Source of the DNA: Cyanophora paradoxa CCMP329
Lineage: Eukaryota > Plantae > Glaucophyta
DNA: 64,000 nucleotides
Reading direction: 5' to 3'
Assembly (NCBI GenBank): GCA_004431415.1
Contig: QPMI01000078.1
Coordinates: forward strand, 62,001 to 126,000
The notes beneath the pieces are model-generated. The model was not told the DNA's origin. It did no database searches and worked only from the letters and a program-made list of their open reading frames with translations. A program made the position numbers and the translations under genes. This document shows, piece by piece, positions 34,887-46,694 of the stretch (the stretch's first letter is position 1; every line of letters starts with the position of its first letter).

Positions 34887-37562
34887 TTACAGAGCGAAGA
34901 GGAGGGCCGCGAGGGCGAGGATCGCCGAGGCCAGGAGGGCCATGGGCGAGGTCGCCGCGGCGGCGCTGAGGACCGGGCGGGGGTAGTTGAAGGTGAACTT
35001 GCAGACGTTGGTGTTGAAGACGGAGTTGACGTCGCTGAGGGAGAGGCCGGACAGCGGGCTGCCCGTCTGGGTCAGGGCCGAGTTGATGCGGGTCTGGATG
35101 TTCGCGCAGCTGGTCTCGGCGCCGAGGAGCGAAGCGATGAAGGAGATCTGGGTCTGGGTGACGGTGCCGTGGGCGCGGCGGCCGTGGGAGCGGGCGCGGC
35201 GGCGGAGGGTCTCCTCCGGCAGGGCGACGGTGTAGACGAAGTCGGTCTCGACGAACTCGGCGTCCTGGCCCTTCATGTACGGCACGAAGACGGTCTTAAT
35301 CCACGGGTCGAGGACGGCTGCCTTCCAGTTCATGAGGCCGGCCGGGTTGGCGCCGCCATACGCGGTGAGGTCGGTCGAGAAGAGGCCGGCGGCCTTGAAG
35401 AGCTCGAAGATGGAGACATCCTGGCCCTTCGAGTTCTTGCGGGTGAACAGGGCGCCGCTGCGGGCGAGAAACGTCACACACGAGCTGTAGGATGCGATGC
35501 ACGCCCCGGACTTACACCTTGACGGCGCCGACGGTGGTGGCCTCCGACTTGCCCTTGAGCAGGATCTGGCCGCTGGAGAGGAACTGCGCGACGCCAGGCG
35601 TCGGTCAGACCGGAAACAGCGGTGCGGCGGGTGCGCCACAGGGTGTCGAACCTTCTGGCCGTACGGAGTGATGGGGAGCGTGCCCTGCGGGGCACTGGTG
35701 TCCTTGTAGCCGGCGCCGCCGACGACGTACAGGGAGCCGTCGGTCGGGTTGTCGAAGAAGGCCGCGGAGCCAGAGCGCGCAGAGCCGAGAGTGAGCTTGC
35801 TGACGGCGATGCCGGTCGGCTTGCCGCCGGCGATGGTCACGGTGTGGATGCCGGTGGTCCCGTCCTTGTCAATGAAGCCGCCGACGATGGCGATGTTGTT
35901 GCCCGAGGCAGCGACCGAGCCGTACGAGATGCGGGTCGACGCGCCCGTGGCCTCAGAGATGGCCCACGAGTTGGACGACGGGGTGTAGACGGCGAAGAAG
36001 CCGGTCGAGTTGGCGCCGACGATGTACGCGCCGTCCGCCTTGGTGCCAGGGCTGCAGAACGCGTAAGCATCGACAGATTAGAGCGACAAAGTAGAATGGC
36101 CGCATACAGGAGGTAGGCCTTGCCGTCGTAGGCGAAGAACGCGCCCGGGAAGGCGGTGCCGTTCAAGGCGGGCACGGTCTCAGTCTTGTTGCCCGCGGTG
36201 AAAGTGGTGGGGGCGGTCTCGAGGCCCGCGAAGCTCTTGTAGGTGGCGGTGGCGGAGCTCGAGGTGTTCGAGGTGGTGGTGACGGGGATGGACAGCTCCA
36301 CGCCGACTGAGGCCGCACATGAGAGCGAATCCATAGAGAGGCGGCTGAGGCAGCGCACCGAAGCCGGAGGCAGCGGTCATCACCTCGCCGGTGTTGCGGG
36401 TCAGGCCGCCGATCATGTGGATGGTCGCCTTGAGGACACCAGCCTCGATCGAGCCGGAGATGATGGAGCGGTGGTCGAAGCGGCCGAAGTTGGAGCCGGC
36501 GCCGGAGACCTGGAGGATGGAGACCACAGCGGTCATGCGCTTGGCCTGGCCGACGTACGAGGCGAACTGGGTCGAGATCTGTGGAAAAGAAAGAAAGAGA
36601 AAAGAAGAGAGAGTGAGAAACGCTTAAAAAACAGCTGTTTTAGCAGGCGACGGACCATGACGACGGCAGTGTTGATGGTCTGGGTCTTCGAGCCGGCGTC
36701 AACAGTCTCGGCAGTGTAGCCGCCAGTGCAGAACAGACGGTTTCCGAACATGCTGCGCGAAGAGTTAGCTAGCGTACGCGTGGGCATGAGTTAGGATTGA
36801 CTGGGGTCAAGTGGCGCACGCTCCCGACGCGAAGGCGTGGGCGGGCATGGTGTCGCCAGTGACGGTCGGCGTGACGAAAACGCCGGCCTTGCCAGCGGCG
36901 CCGTCGACATCCTTGTCGAGGGCCTGGCCAGCGACTGTGAGCAACGCGGAACAAGAACACTAGAGACATGGAAACCACGAACACGGTAGCCGTAGATGGT
37001 GTTCAGGATCTTGCGATCCTTGTCGAGACTGAGAGAACAATGTCAGCGCGCGCGCGCAAGCAAAACCGGGGGCGGCGTTCCCGCCACGTGATCATCTCAG
37101 AGCGACACAGAAACTCACCCGCCAGCAATGACAAGGTTGCCCTGAGTGTCTGCGAGCGGAAATGAGCACAAAGAGATGACAAAATCGCGGAGGTCGGAGT
37201 GGGCGCATGCGCGGCGGCCAACGGAAAACCTTAGCAGACGCGCGGGCGGGCCATTGGGTATGTCAATGACATCTTTAGATTCCAAATGACATATCCCGAA
37301 GTCAAAAGGGCGCGCCGGACGGCCGCTTAGCCCGGCTATGCCTAACTGACACGCCAAACGCACCAGTGCCCCAGCATGCGCCCTCGAAGCCCTCAACGAT
37401 GGCAGGGGCCGAAAGAATGGAGGAGGTGGAGGCGGAGGGGGCCGCGATGTTCTCGGTCGAGTCCGCGCCCAGGGTCAAAACACGGAAGGTCGGCCCGCTG
37501 GCGGTCTGTGCGCTGGCGATGGCCAGAAGCCCGAAGAGGGCGAGCGCGATGATCTGCTTCAT
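34887..37562 (-). CDS. Secreted, probably GPI-anchored surface protein with kelch-like repeats; multi-exon
   Basis: Signal peptide MKQIIALALFGLLAIASA. Kelch-like GG motifs GNLVIAGG, NRLFCTGGY, IHMIGG, IAIVGGF, SLYVVGG. C-terminal SAAAATSPMALLASAILALAALLFAL* hydrophobic tail. Strong C/G-ending codon bias. Confidence 0.75.
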
Positions 37563-38327
37563 CGCTGTAGAGCGCGGTGATGCGCCGCTTTTTATTTTAA
37601 TACTGTAGCCAGGAGGCAGCAGTTACTAACCGCCGAGTTTTTTTCGCACTAACGTTTTTCTTGTAACCGTCAGGCCGGCTGACAGCCTGTCAGCCAGTGC
37701 CAGGAGGTCCCGCGCATCGATCGACGCCGCGGCGCGAGCCCGAGCCCGAGCGCGCGCGCTCCCGAGCCCACGCGCGCCGAGCGCTATAAAAGCTAGCGCG
37801 AGCGCCGAATCGCGAACCCGCGCCGAGCGCGCGCGCAACGCGTACGCCATGTGATGAGAGCTCCGCGGCTCCGCAATGTGCTCCCTCGACGCCGAGCGCC
37901 GAGCGCGCGCGCCACGCCGCGGCGCGAGCGCTTGCTCGAGGTCGATGTATACGTACAGCTCGAGTGCCGCAGTGGTTCATGGTGCACGGCCGCGGTGCAT
38001 GACGGTGCACGTGATTCATTTCCGCGCACTAACTGTGCTAGTGGTGGCACTGCGGCATAGCGTTGTACATGCGGCATTGTACAGTGGTGCGTGATTTTAA
38101 GTTAGCTGGCCGATTGATATCCCGCGGTGGCGCTGTCCGCGCTTGACACGGGCCTGTGCTAGCGCTAGGCTTGCGAGAGGAGAGGAAACAGATGCGAGTC
38201 TCCGGCCGGGATGGGCTCGTTGCACGCAATCGCAGTATTTTAATGCTGCGCGTTGAAATTGAACGGGCCTGTGCTAGGCTGGCGGGAGCTTCGAGGGTTC
38301 CAAGAGGAACCGGGGCGGGGGCTCAGG

Positions 38328-41017
38328 CTAGGGCCGCTGGGCGGCCTGGCGCTCGCGGAGGATGGCGAGGACTGTGTCCCGCATGAGGGCCGCCGAGGCC
38401 GCGCGCCCCGTCCACCCCTCGAACTGCGCCGCCGCCTGCCCCACGAACATCTCGATGCCGCCCACGGTCGCCGCCCCCGCCGCGCGCGCCTCCCGCAGGA
38501 GCCGCGTCTCCAGCGGGTTGTACACCGAGTCGAAGACGACGGTACCCGGGCGCAGCAGCCCCGCCGGGAGAGGCGTCTCCTCCTCCTTCGGGTGCATCCC
38601 GACCGCCGTCGCGTTGAGCACGACGTCGGCGGCCGCCGCCGCCGCCGCGAGGGCCGTCGGGTCCGTCGCGTCGACCGCCTCGCAGCGGTCCGTGTCGGCG
38701 CCGACCTCCGCCGCGAGCTTCGCCGCCCGCGCCAGCGTCCGGTTGGAGACGAGCACGCGCGCCGCGCCCCGCTCCAGGGCGCCGAACGCGAGGGCGCGGC
38801 CGGCCCCGCCGGCGCCGAGGACGAGGACCGTGCGGCCGGTGAGCGGCCGCGCGGCGTCGCAGGCGGCGCCGGTCGAGCGGACGCCCTCCTCGGCGGCGGA
38901 GATGGCGGCGAGCCAGTCCGTGTTCGTCGCGTGGATGCGCGAGCCGCCGCCCACCGCCGTCAGCGTGTTCGCCGCGCCGATCGCCTTGGCCACCGGGTCG
39001 ATCTGGCGCCCCCAAAGTAAGAAGGAAGGGAGAAGAAGACCGAGGCGGGCCGAGTCCAGGCCCCGGCCCCTCCCCTCCCCTCCCCCACCCACCCACCTCG
39101 TCGCAGAGGGCCATGATGGTCTCCTTGTGGGGGATGGTGACGCTGTACCCCTGCACGACGGCGCGCCCGCCGGCCGGCCAGCGGGGGCCCCGCCCCGCGA
39201 AGGCGGCGATGGTGTCTGCGAGGTCCTCCGGCTCGCAGAGCAGCGGCAGGTACACCGCGTCGATCCTGCCGTGCAGGGCAGGGGCGCCCGCCTTAGGGAG
39301 CGAGCGAGGGAGGAGCGGGGAGAGCGGACCCGAGGGAGGCGAGGGCGGCGTTGTGGAGGGCGGGGCTCATGGAGTGGCCCACGGGGCTCGCGATGACGCC
39401 GTACACCGCCGTCTCCGGCCCGATCGACTTGAAGCGGTACCGGTTCTGGCGCGAGAAGGCGCAGCCGCAGGCCAACATGAGCGGATCGGGGCGGTGCGGA
39501 GAGCCGGGGAAGCTAGGGCGGGGCGAGGCGCACGATGAGGGTGGCGAGGGCGACCTGACCCGGGGCCGCCTCGCGCCCCTCGCGCAGCGCCGCGAACGAC
39601 AGGAACGAGTTGTACCTGCGGGCGGGGCGTCAGGGGGGCGGGCAGAGCCGGGCGAGAGGGGCGGGGCGCGCTTGGGAGCGAGGACGCGGGCGACGACGCC
39701 GCACTCGCCCATGCAGAGGCCGATGCACGGCGAGTCGGCCCCGGACGTCAGCCGGAAGACCTGTCGCCCCGCGAGCCCCCCGCTCAGCCGCCGGGCGGTT
39801 GGAGAGCGGGGCGGGGGGAGCGGCGGGGCGGGGCGCGCCTCGAGGTTGTCGGTGAGACGCTGCGCGAAGGTCGCGACCTTCGTCACGTCGGCGCCTGCAG
39901 AAGGAAGCTCAGCGGGGCGGCGGGGCGGCCGGAGCGGGAGGGAGGGAGGGGCATGGCGCGCCGAGGCGGCGCATGTGGTCGTGGAGAGCGCGCAGCTCCT
40001 CGTAGGGCGGCGTGCTCGTGTAGTTGTGGTACGAGAGGATCAGCTTCTCCCCCGCCTGCCGCTTGTACCCCTCCGCGCTGCCGCCCGCACCGTTCAACAG
40101 GTGCGGGGGGAAGAAAGAAGGGGCGGGAGGGGCCGGGCGCACCAGTCGTACTCGACGTCGACGTACTCGGCGCCGAGGCGGGCGGCCGCCTCCAGAAGCG
40201 CCAGGCGCGCCTCCTCGGAGCCCTCGAAGAAGCCGCGCTCCCGCGTCGGCCGGTTCGTCACGATCACGGGCCGCGGGCGCGCCTCCAGGATGCGCTTCAG
40301 GCCGGGCTCGTCCAGGCCCTTGATAAAGTCGAGGCGGAGCTCGAGCAGATCCGCCCCGCCCGCCGCCGCCTCCTCCATCTGCCGCCGCCGCGTCGGACCG
40401 CGCGCGCCGCAAGGGCGAGGGCGAGGGCGGGGGCGGCGTTGGGCGCGGCTCGCTCGCTCGCCTGCGATAGGCACTCCTCGACGGTGGGGGCCGTGAGGCT
40501 CACGCAGACGTGCGACCGCGGCGCCGAGGCGGCCGCCCCTGCGGCGCCCCGTTCGAGCCCGCTCGCGGTGCGGCCGCTGCGGCCGGGCGGCGCGCACCCG
40601 ACGAGCTCGCGACGGGCTGGGCGTGCGCCATCACGCCGGCCGGCCGCGGCAGGCGCGCCGGACGGGCGGTGAACGCTGCGAAGGGCGTTAGGCACCGCAA
40701 TGCAAGCAGTTCGACGGGCCGACGCGGCGGGCGGTCGATAAGGCGTCCGCACCGATGGCGCTGCCGAAAAGATCGCTAGCTGCGAACGGGGCGGCGCCTT
40801 CGAACTTGCGAGACCCGTCGCGGAGAGAGGCGACAGAGGCCTGCCGCCGCTCGCGGCCGCGCCTGCACACGAGGCCGGCCCGCTGCGGCGCGAGCTGGTC
40901 CGCCCGAACGGATGCCGATCGAGAATCCGCTCCGACCGGAGGCGCGGCGGCTGCGGCGGGGCGCGAGGGTTAGCGGCGCTCCAGAGATAGCGTGGGCGAC
41001 GCGGGCCGACCAAACAT
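38328..41017 (-). CDS. aroDE: Bifunctional 3-dehydroquinate dehydratase/shikimate dehydrogenase (plant-type AroDE fusion) with putative transit peptide
   Basis: VCVSLTAPTVEE, GADLLELRLD, VIVTNRPTRERG, GAEYVDVE, LILSYHNY, KVATFA, CMGECG (type I DHQase). VYGVIASPVGHSMSPALHN, GYSVTIPHKE, IGAANT, NTDW, VLGAGGAGRA, NATAVGM, VFDSVYNPLETRLL, MFVGQAAAQF (SDH). Start inferred with a first intron after ATG TTT G. Confidence 0.95.
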
Positions 41018-41395
41018 CTCGATGCCAAATGACGACGTAGCCCCCTCGGGCGTGCTCTCCCACCCAGCAAAACAAAAAAGCGGTGCCTGCGCGTCCCGAG
41101 CGCCACCAACGCGTACGGAGACGCGGGTGGCGCAATAAGAGCTAAGGGCGTCACTGTTCAACCTGTTAACCGGCCAGCCAGCGGAGGCGTTGAACCTCCA
41201 CCTTGCAGCGCCGCGGATCTTGCCGCGTACTTGTACCTCTGCCCCGTAGACTCTATATCCAAAGCGTCTGCGCTAGTCCTCGTCCTCCACCGCACCGCCT
41301 CAGCGAGCCCTCAGAGCCTCCGAGCGCGAGTGAGCTGCAGCCAGGCGAGGGCGCTGGCAGTCCGCGCAGCGCGCTCGTCTTTTACAGCTTGCAGA

Positions 41396-43696
41396 ATGAG
41401 GCGGACAGCTGCAAGGTCCAGACCCGTCGCTCCGATCGGACAGGCCACCGCGTGATTCGGCAACTGATAGCGCCGCGCGTGCAGGCGCTCGCCTTTGGGA
41501 GCGCTGGCCGTGCTGCTTTTGGTTGCAAGTGTGGAGCTTGCAGACGCGGTGCGCGGCCCTGCATACACGCCGCGCCGCCCTTCCGCCCACGCCTCAGACC
41601 TCCGACCGCGGCCCGCGTGCGCGTGCCGCAGGGCGCGCGGGTCGGGGGCGGCGGCGGCAGGACGGGCTCTTCCGGGTCTGGCTCGAGGACGGGCTCGAGC
41701 TCCGGGTCACGCGCGGGGAGCGTGGGGTCGGGCAGCCCTTCGCGCTCCATCAGCGCCGGCGGGCGCTCGTACACCGTGTCCGCCCCTCCCCCCGCCCGCC
41801 CATCTCTCCCCGTCTCTGAAGCCCAACCCCCTCCACAGCTCCGGGACCCGAAGCGCCTCCACCATCGCCCTCGGCTTCTACATGTACCCCCCGCCCCTTC
41901 GCCGGGCGCCCCGCACGTTGCCCCCCGCCGCGGGGCCGACGCGCACCGCGCGCAGGGGCTCGCTGTACGGGCGGACGTACCCCTCGACCTCGGGGCGGGG
42001 GTACGGCGCGTCGGACTGCTCGTACACGGCGGTGGCGTGCTCGGCCTTCGCAAACGCAAGCTCCGCGCAGCCGGCCTGCACCGACGGCGACGGTCCGCCG
42101 GCCCCCTCTCTCCTGTCTCCTCTCTCCTGTCTCTTCCCTCGGCAATCGCCCGGGCCCCGCGCGCGCAGACGAGTCGCTGAGGCAGACGACGACGGCGGGC
42201 GGGGCGCTGGTCTTCGGCGACGTGGCGGCGTCGGTGGCGGTGCAGGGCGCGAGCGCGGCCGGCGGCGGCGGGGGCGGCCTGCTCCTCGACGGCTCCGGGG
42301 GCGAGCCGCTCGTCTCCCTCGCCTCCGAGTCCCTCGCCTCGCCGTTCTTCGCCGCATCATCCGCCTTCTTCCTGGACCCGCCCCCGCCCTCCTCCTCCGC
42401 CCTCGTCGTGGGCCCCCCCTCCCCCTCCTCCCCCTCCGCCTCCTGCTCCGCCCTGCGCTTCTCGTACGGGCCGGTCGGCCCGCTCCCGGCGCCCTCGGCC
42501 CCGGGGCCGGCCCCCGCCGCCAGCGCCGCGGCCGAGGGCATCCTGGTCTTTGCGTCCGTGGCGCGGCAGCCGGACGGCACGGCTCTCGCCTCGGCCTCGG
42601 CTTTTCTAAAGGGAACCGCCCTCGGCGCCGCCACGGTCCCGATGCCGACCCCGCCCGGAGCCACGGGGTCCCCCACCACCGCCACCGAGCCCGTCGTGCG
42701 CACCCCCCGCGCCGCCCTTAGCCTAAGCCGTGCGCGCCTTAGCCGAGCCGTGCGCAGCCGCTGGGGCCGGTGGGCGTGTACCTCGAGCAGCTGCGGGGGG
42801 ACGACAACACGGCCTGGCTCACTGTCTCCATCGGGCCCGTCCCGGGTCCGCCCAGCCCCGCCCAGCCCCGCCTTCCTCTGCCGCTTAAAGCTTCTGAGCG
42901 GGGCGCGGGGCGCAGTGCTCTCGGTGGCGGTGGCGCTGGCGCTGTGGGGCCCCGGGCCGGCCTGGGCCTACGCATGGGCCGCCTCGCCCTGCCCCTCCCT
43001 CCGCCTCTCCGAGCTCCGCGTCGCCCAGGTCTACTGCGGTCCGCGCCTGTACCCCCTCCCCCGCCCCTTTGTCCAGCCGGCCTTCTCTGAAGGGGCCGGC
43101 GCTTGCGTGCGCGTCTGCCTGCCCGCAGCGCCGTCGGGGGGCCTCTCGGCGGCCGCCGTCGCCGCCGTCGCCATCGGGAGCGTCGTCGTCGCCTGCCTCC
43201 TCGCCGCCTGCGCCGCCTACGCCATCCGTCCGCCCCTCCCCCGCCCCCGTACGCATTTACTTCGTTCGCTGCTCTAAGCGGGGGCGGCAGGCTCCGCCTG
43301 GCGCAAGAAGCGGGGCCGGAGGGGGGTCGCGCACAGCCCGGTGCGGCCCGTGGATGGCTCGCCGACGCCCTGGATGGCCGAGCCGGCGATGTCGTACCCC
43401 GTCGGCATCCCCGTGCTCCCTCCGCCTCCTTCGGCGGGCTGCAGGGCCGACGAGCCGACTATGGCCGTCTGCGTGCCGGCCCGGGCTCCGGGTCCCGCTG
43501 GGGCGCACCTCGGGGCGGGGGGAGGGGCCGAGCCGCCCCTCCCGGGGTCCGATCAGTACCCCTCCCTTCACGCCGGACATGGCCAGCTGCAGCCGCCCCT
43601 ATACCCCGCCTTCGCCCCGTCGGGGCAGGCGCCCGCGGTGGACGGGTACACCCCCCGCGAGCTCGCCGGGCCCGAGCAGGCCGCCAAGGCGGTGTA
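41396..43696 (+). CDS. Hypothetical type I membrane protein (signal peptide, Gly/Ser-rich N-terminus, single TM, Pro/Tyr-rich tail)
   Basis: Spliced MRRTAARRSPLGALAVLLLVASVELADA signal; RVGGGGGRTGSSGS; TM GLSAAAVAAVAIGSVVVACLLAACAAYAI; tail ..SYPVGIPVLPPPP..PPLYPAF..KAV*. Confidence 0.7.
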
Positions 43697-43879
43697 GCCG
43701 GCAGCTCCGGGCTCGAAGCGCCGATGAGCGGCGCCATGTAACTTAGTTGATGCCTTACTGAATGATTCTACTGCATATGTACTGTACATGTATCCGGATA
43801 TGATTGCAGTTGCAGAAACTCGAGAGAAGGCCCGTGGGAAAATGCCGTCCGCGGGAGCGCGGGGGCCATGCCGGGGGGG

Positions 43880-46694
43880 CTACGGGAGGTGCGGGGAGCC
43901 CGTGCGGAGGGAGCCCGGGAGGCAGCGCCCGAGGAGGTGCCGCAGCCGCTTGGAGAGCTTCCCTGCGCCCCCGGGCCCCGCCCCGCGTCAGAGAAAGGCG
44001 AAGTCATCCCAGGAAGTGCGGCTCAGCGAGCCAAGGAAGCTTTGGAGGTAAAAGCTTAGCTTAGAAGCTCAGCTTAGTAAAAGCTTAGATTGTAGTGTAA
44101 GATAGCTGTGTTGATTTGTTAAGGGGAAGCGGGGCGCGCTGCCCTCGTCCTCGACGAAATCAAACGACGTGCGGCTTAGAAGCTTAGAATCTTAGAATCT
44201 TATAATTAGGAGCTTCTGATTTAAGAGGGAAATCGGGCGCGCCGCCCTCGTCCTCGAGGTTGACGGCGACGAAGCCGGCGAGGACGAGGGCGGCGCCCAG
44301 CAGGTACAGGGGCGAGAAGCGCGCCCCGCGCAGCGCCACGTCCGCCCCCATCGAGAGCGGGATCATCATTGAGAGGCCTGGAAGATCCAAGTTTAGAAGG
44401 AGGAGGAGGTCAAGATGAACAAGGAGAAGGGCGAACCCAGGGTGGCGACGAGGGGGGAGGTGAGGAGGAGGGAGCGTGCCCAAAGGAGGTCGGCCAGCGT
44501 CGAGCCGACGAGGGCGTTGAGGAGGAGCGCGAGGCCGGCGCGCGCGCTCGGCGGCTCCCAGGCCTCCACCCCGGCGAAGTGAAGGACGATGAGCCCCGGC
44601 CAGAAGAGCGCCCTGCGCGCGCTCTGTAAGGAGAAGCTTAAGCTTAAGCGCTGTAAAGAAGCTTAAGCTAAAGCGCTGTAAGAAGAAGCTTAAGCTTAAG
44701 CGCTGTAAAGAAGCTTAAGCTTAAGCGCTGTAAGAAGAAGCTTAAGCTTAAGCGCTGTAAAGAAGCTTAAGCTTAAGCGCTGTAAGGAGAAGCTTAAGCT
44801 TAAGCGCTGTAAAGAAGCTTAAGCTAAAGCGCTGTAAGAAGAAGCTTAAGCTTAAGCGCTGTAAAGAAGCTTAAGCTTAAGCGCTGTAAGAAGAAGCTTA
44901 AGCTTAAGCGCTGTAAAGAAGCTTAAGCTTAAGCGCTTTAAAAAGAAGCTTAAGCTTAAGCGCTGTAAAGAAGCTTAAGCTTAAGCGCTGTAAGAAGAAG
45001 CTTAAGCTTAAGCGCTGTAAAGAAGCTTAAGCTTAAGCGCTGTAAGAAGAAGCTTAAGCTTAAGCGCTGTAAAGAAGCTTAAGCTTAAGCGCTGTAAAGA
45101 AGCTTAAGCTTAAGCGCTGTAAAGAAGCTTAAGCTTAAGCGCTGTAAGAAGAAGCTTAAGCTTAAGCGCTGTAAGAAGAAGCTTAAGCTTAAGCGCTGTA
45201 AAGAAGCTTAAGCTTAAGAAGAGGAAGGCGCAGGGCGCGACGCGCATGTTGAAGAGGCCGACGAAGGCGAAGAACTGGGCCGAGACGAGCGCGCCGCCCT
45301 CCTCCCCGAGCCGCACCTTCAGCGTCACTGCGCGGGCGCGGAGGCCGGGGCGGGGCGGGGCCGAGCCGTCAGCGGGGCGGGCGGGGCGGGGCGGTATGGG
45401 ATTGGGAGCCGGGCGCGCCGGAGTAGACGGCGTAGATGAACGCAGAGAGGAGAGCCAGGAGGTCCCCTGGGGGCTGGTCAGCTAGGAAGAAGGGAGGGAG
45501 GCGGAAGCAAGCACAGGGGGGTACCGGAGAGCGTGTCGCCCGTCCAGGCGCCCTTCGTGTCCACCACCGCGATGATCGCCACGCCCCCGAGGCTGTTTTT
45601 CAAGCGCTCAGACAAAGAACGGAGAGGGGAGGAGGAGGAGAGCGCGGGCCAGCAGAGGGCGGCGGCGAGCTTGACGGCGTTGAAGCGCTCCTGGCCCGCC
45701 AGCGCCGCCACCGCCACCGTGAAGAGGCCCGAGCAGGACGAGAGGATCCTGAGGAGGGGGCGGGTGAGGCGCGCCGGGTGGGTGGGGGGTTGGGTGGGGG
45801 AGGGGTAGGGGCGCGCGTGTTGGAGGCGACGGAGGTGAGGGCCAGCGCCGCGTTGTCGAACTGGCGGGTGGGTGGGTGGGCGTGAGCGCGTGGGCGGGGA
45901 GCGGCGAGGGCGGGCGGGGGGGCGCACGTAGTTCGCGATGAACCAGAGCGGGCTGCGCGCGGCAGGGCGCGAGGGGATCGCGGGGGAGCGCTGTCTGTGA
46001 GGGGGCGCGAGGCAGGGTACGAGGGGTTGGAGGGGGCTCACCTGATGATGGCCGCCACGCGGATGATCTGCGGCGGGCGGGGCGGGGCGCGTCGGGCGCC
46101 GGGCGAGCGGCTGCAGGGGCGCGGGCGGGCAGCGCACGTCGCGGAGCGTGGGTTTCGGCTTTGGCGGGTCGCCCGCCGGCTGCTCGACGCGCGGCGTCGA
46201 CGGCTCCGACTGCCCTGCGCCCGGCGCGTCGGCGGGCCGTGTGGGCCGCGGCGAGGCGGCTGATGGCGGGGCGCGCCCTCGGGCAAGAGTCGGGGGCTCG
46301 CGGCGCGCCCTTCACCGTCCTCTTCGTCGTCGCTTAGCTTCCAGTAGCTTGGAAGATGGGTCAGCCAGCGCGCGCACCGCTCTCGCCGCGTACGGGCGCG
46401 CGCGCGCACCTGTCAGAGGCCTCGCCGCCCGCGTTGCGCTTCCAGCGGATGAAGACCGCGAAGTAGAGAACGAACCAGGACGAGTCGAACCAGGTCAAAA
46501 AGTACGGCTTGTTGTAGTCGAGGTCCTTGAAGATGACCTGCGAGAGCTGCGCGTCAGAGAGACCCGAACAGGGGCGGACTCGACGAGCTCGAGGTGACCT
46601 GGATGAGCACGGCGGCCGCGACCCAGATGACGACGACGAGCAGGATGAGAAAGATTCCCAGGGCACGGCGGCCCAGGGTCGGAAGCACGGGCAT
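43880..46694 (-). CDS. SLC35F5/YML018C-like EamA (DMT superfamily) transporter; multi-exon
   Basis: MPVLPTLGRRALGIFLILLVVVIWVAAAVLIQ, YNKPYFLTW, PLWFIANY, LALTSVASNTILSSCSGLFT, GDLLALLSAFIYAVY, FFAFVGLFN, LLLNALVGSTLADLLWA, GLSMMIPLSMGAD, LYLLGAALVLAGFVAVN. Confidence 0.92.
44624..45217. repeat. Intronic minisatellite: ~23 alternating 27/25-bp units CTGTAA(GA)AGAAGCTTAAGCTTAAGCG with a 156-bp higher-order duplication
   Basis: Counted directly. Variant units (gga, ctaaag) recur at 44624/44780 and 44651/44807. Lies inside the intron between FNM and ALFWPG of the transporter. Confidence 0.97.

Noticed and set aside
37640-38270. TATAAAA at ~37785 and clustered GTAC/TGCAC motifs upstream of the kelch gene
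   Set aside because: The TATA motif is on the strand opposite to the nearby gene and the short motifs are not distinguishable from chance, so there is no supportable regulatory call.
17665-41017. Bacterial origin or contamination suggested by serC and aroDE
   Set aside because: Both genes contain many spliceosomal introns and N-terminal extensions and sit among core eukaryotic genes.
44624-45217. CRISPR-like appearance (palindromic ~26-bp repeats)
   Set aside because: Units are contiguous with no unique spacers, there are no cas genes, and the array lies within a eukaryotic intron.
45110-45328. ORF with LTALKLKLL peptide repeats
   Set aside because: It is read-through from a transporter exon into the intronic satellite and terminates within it.
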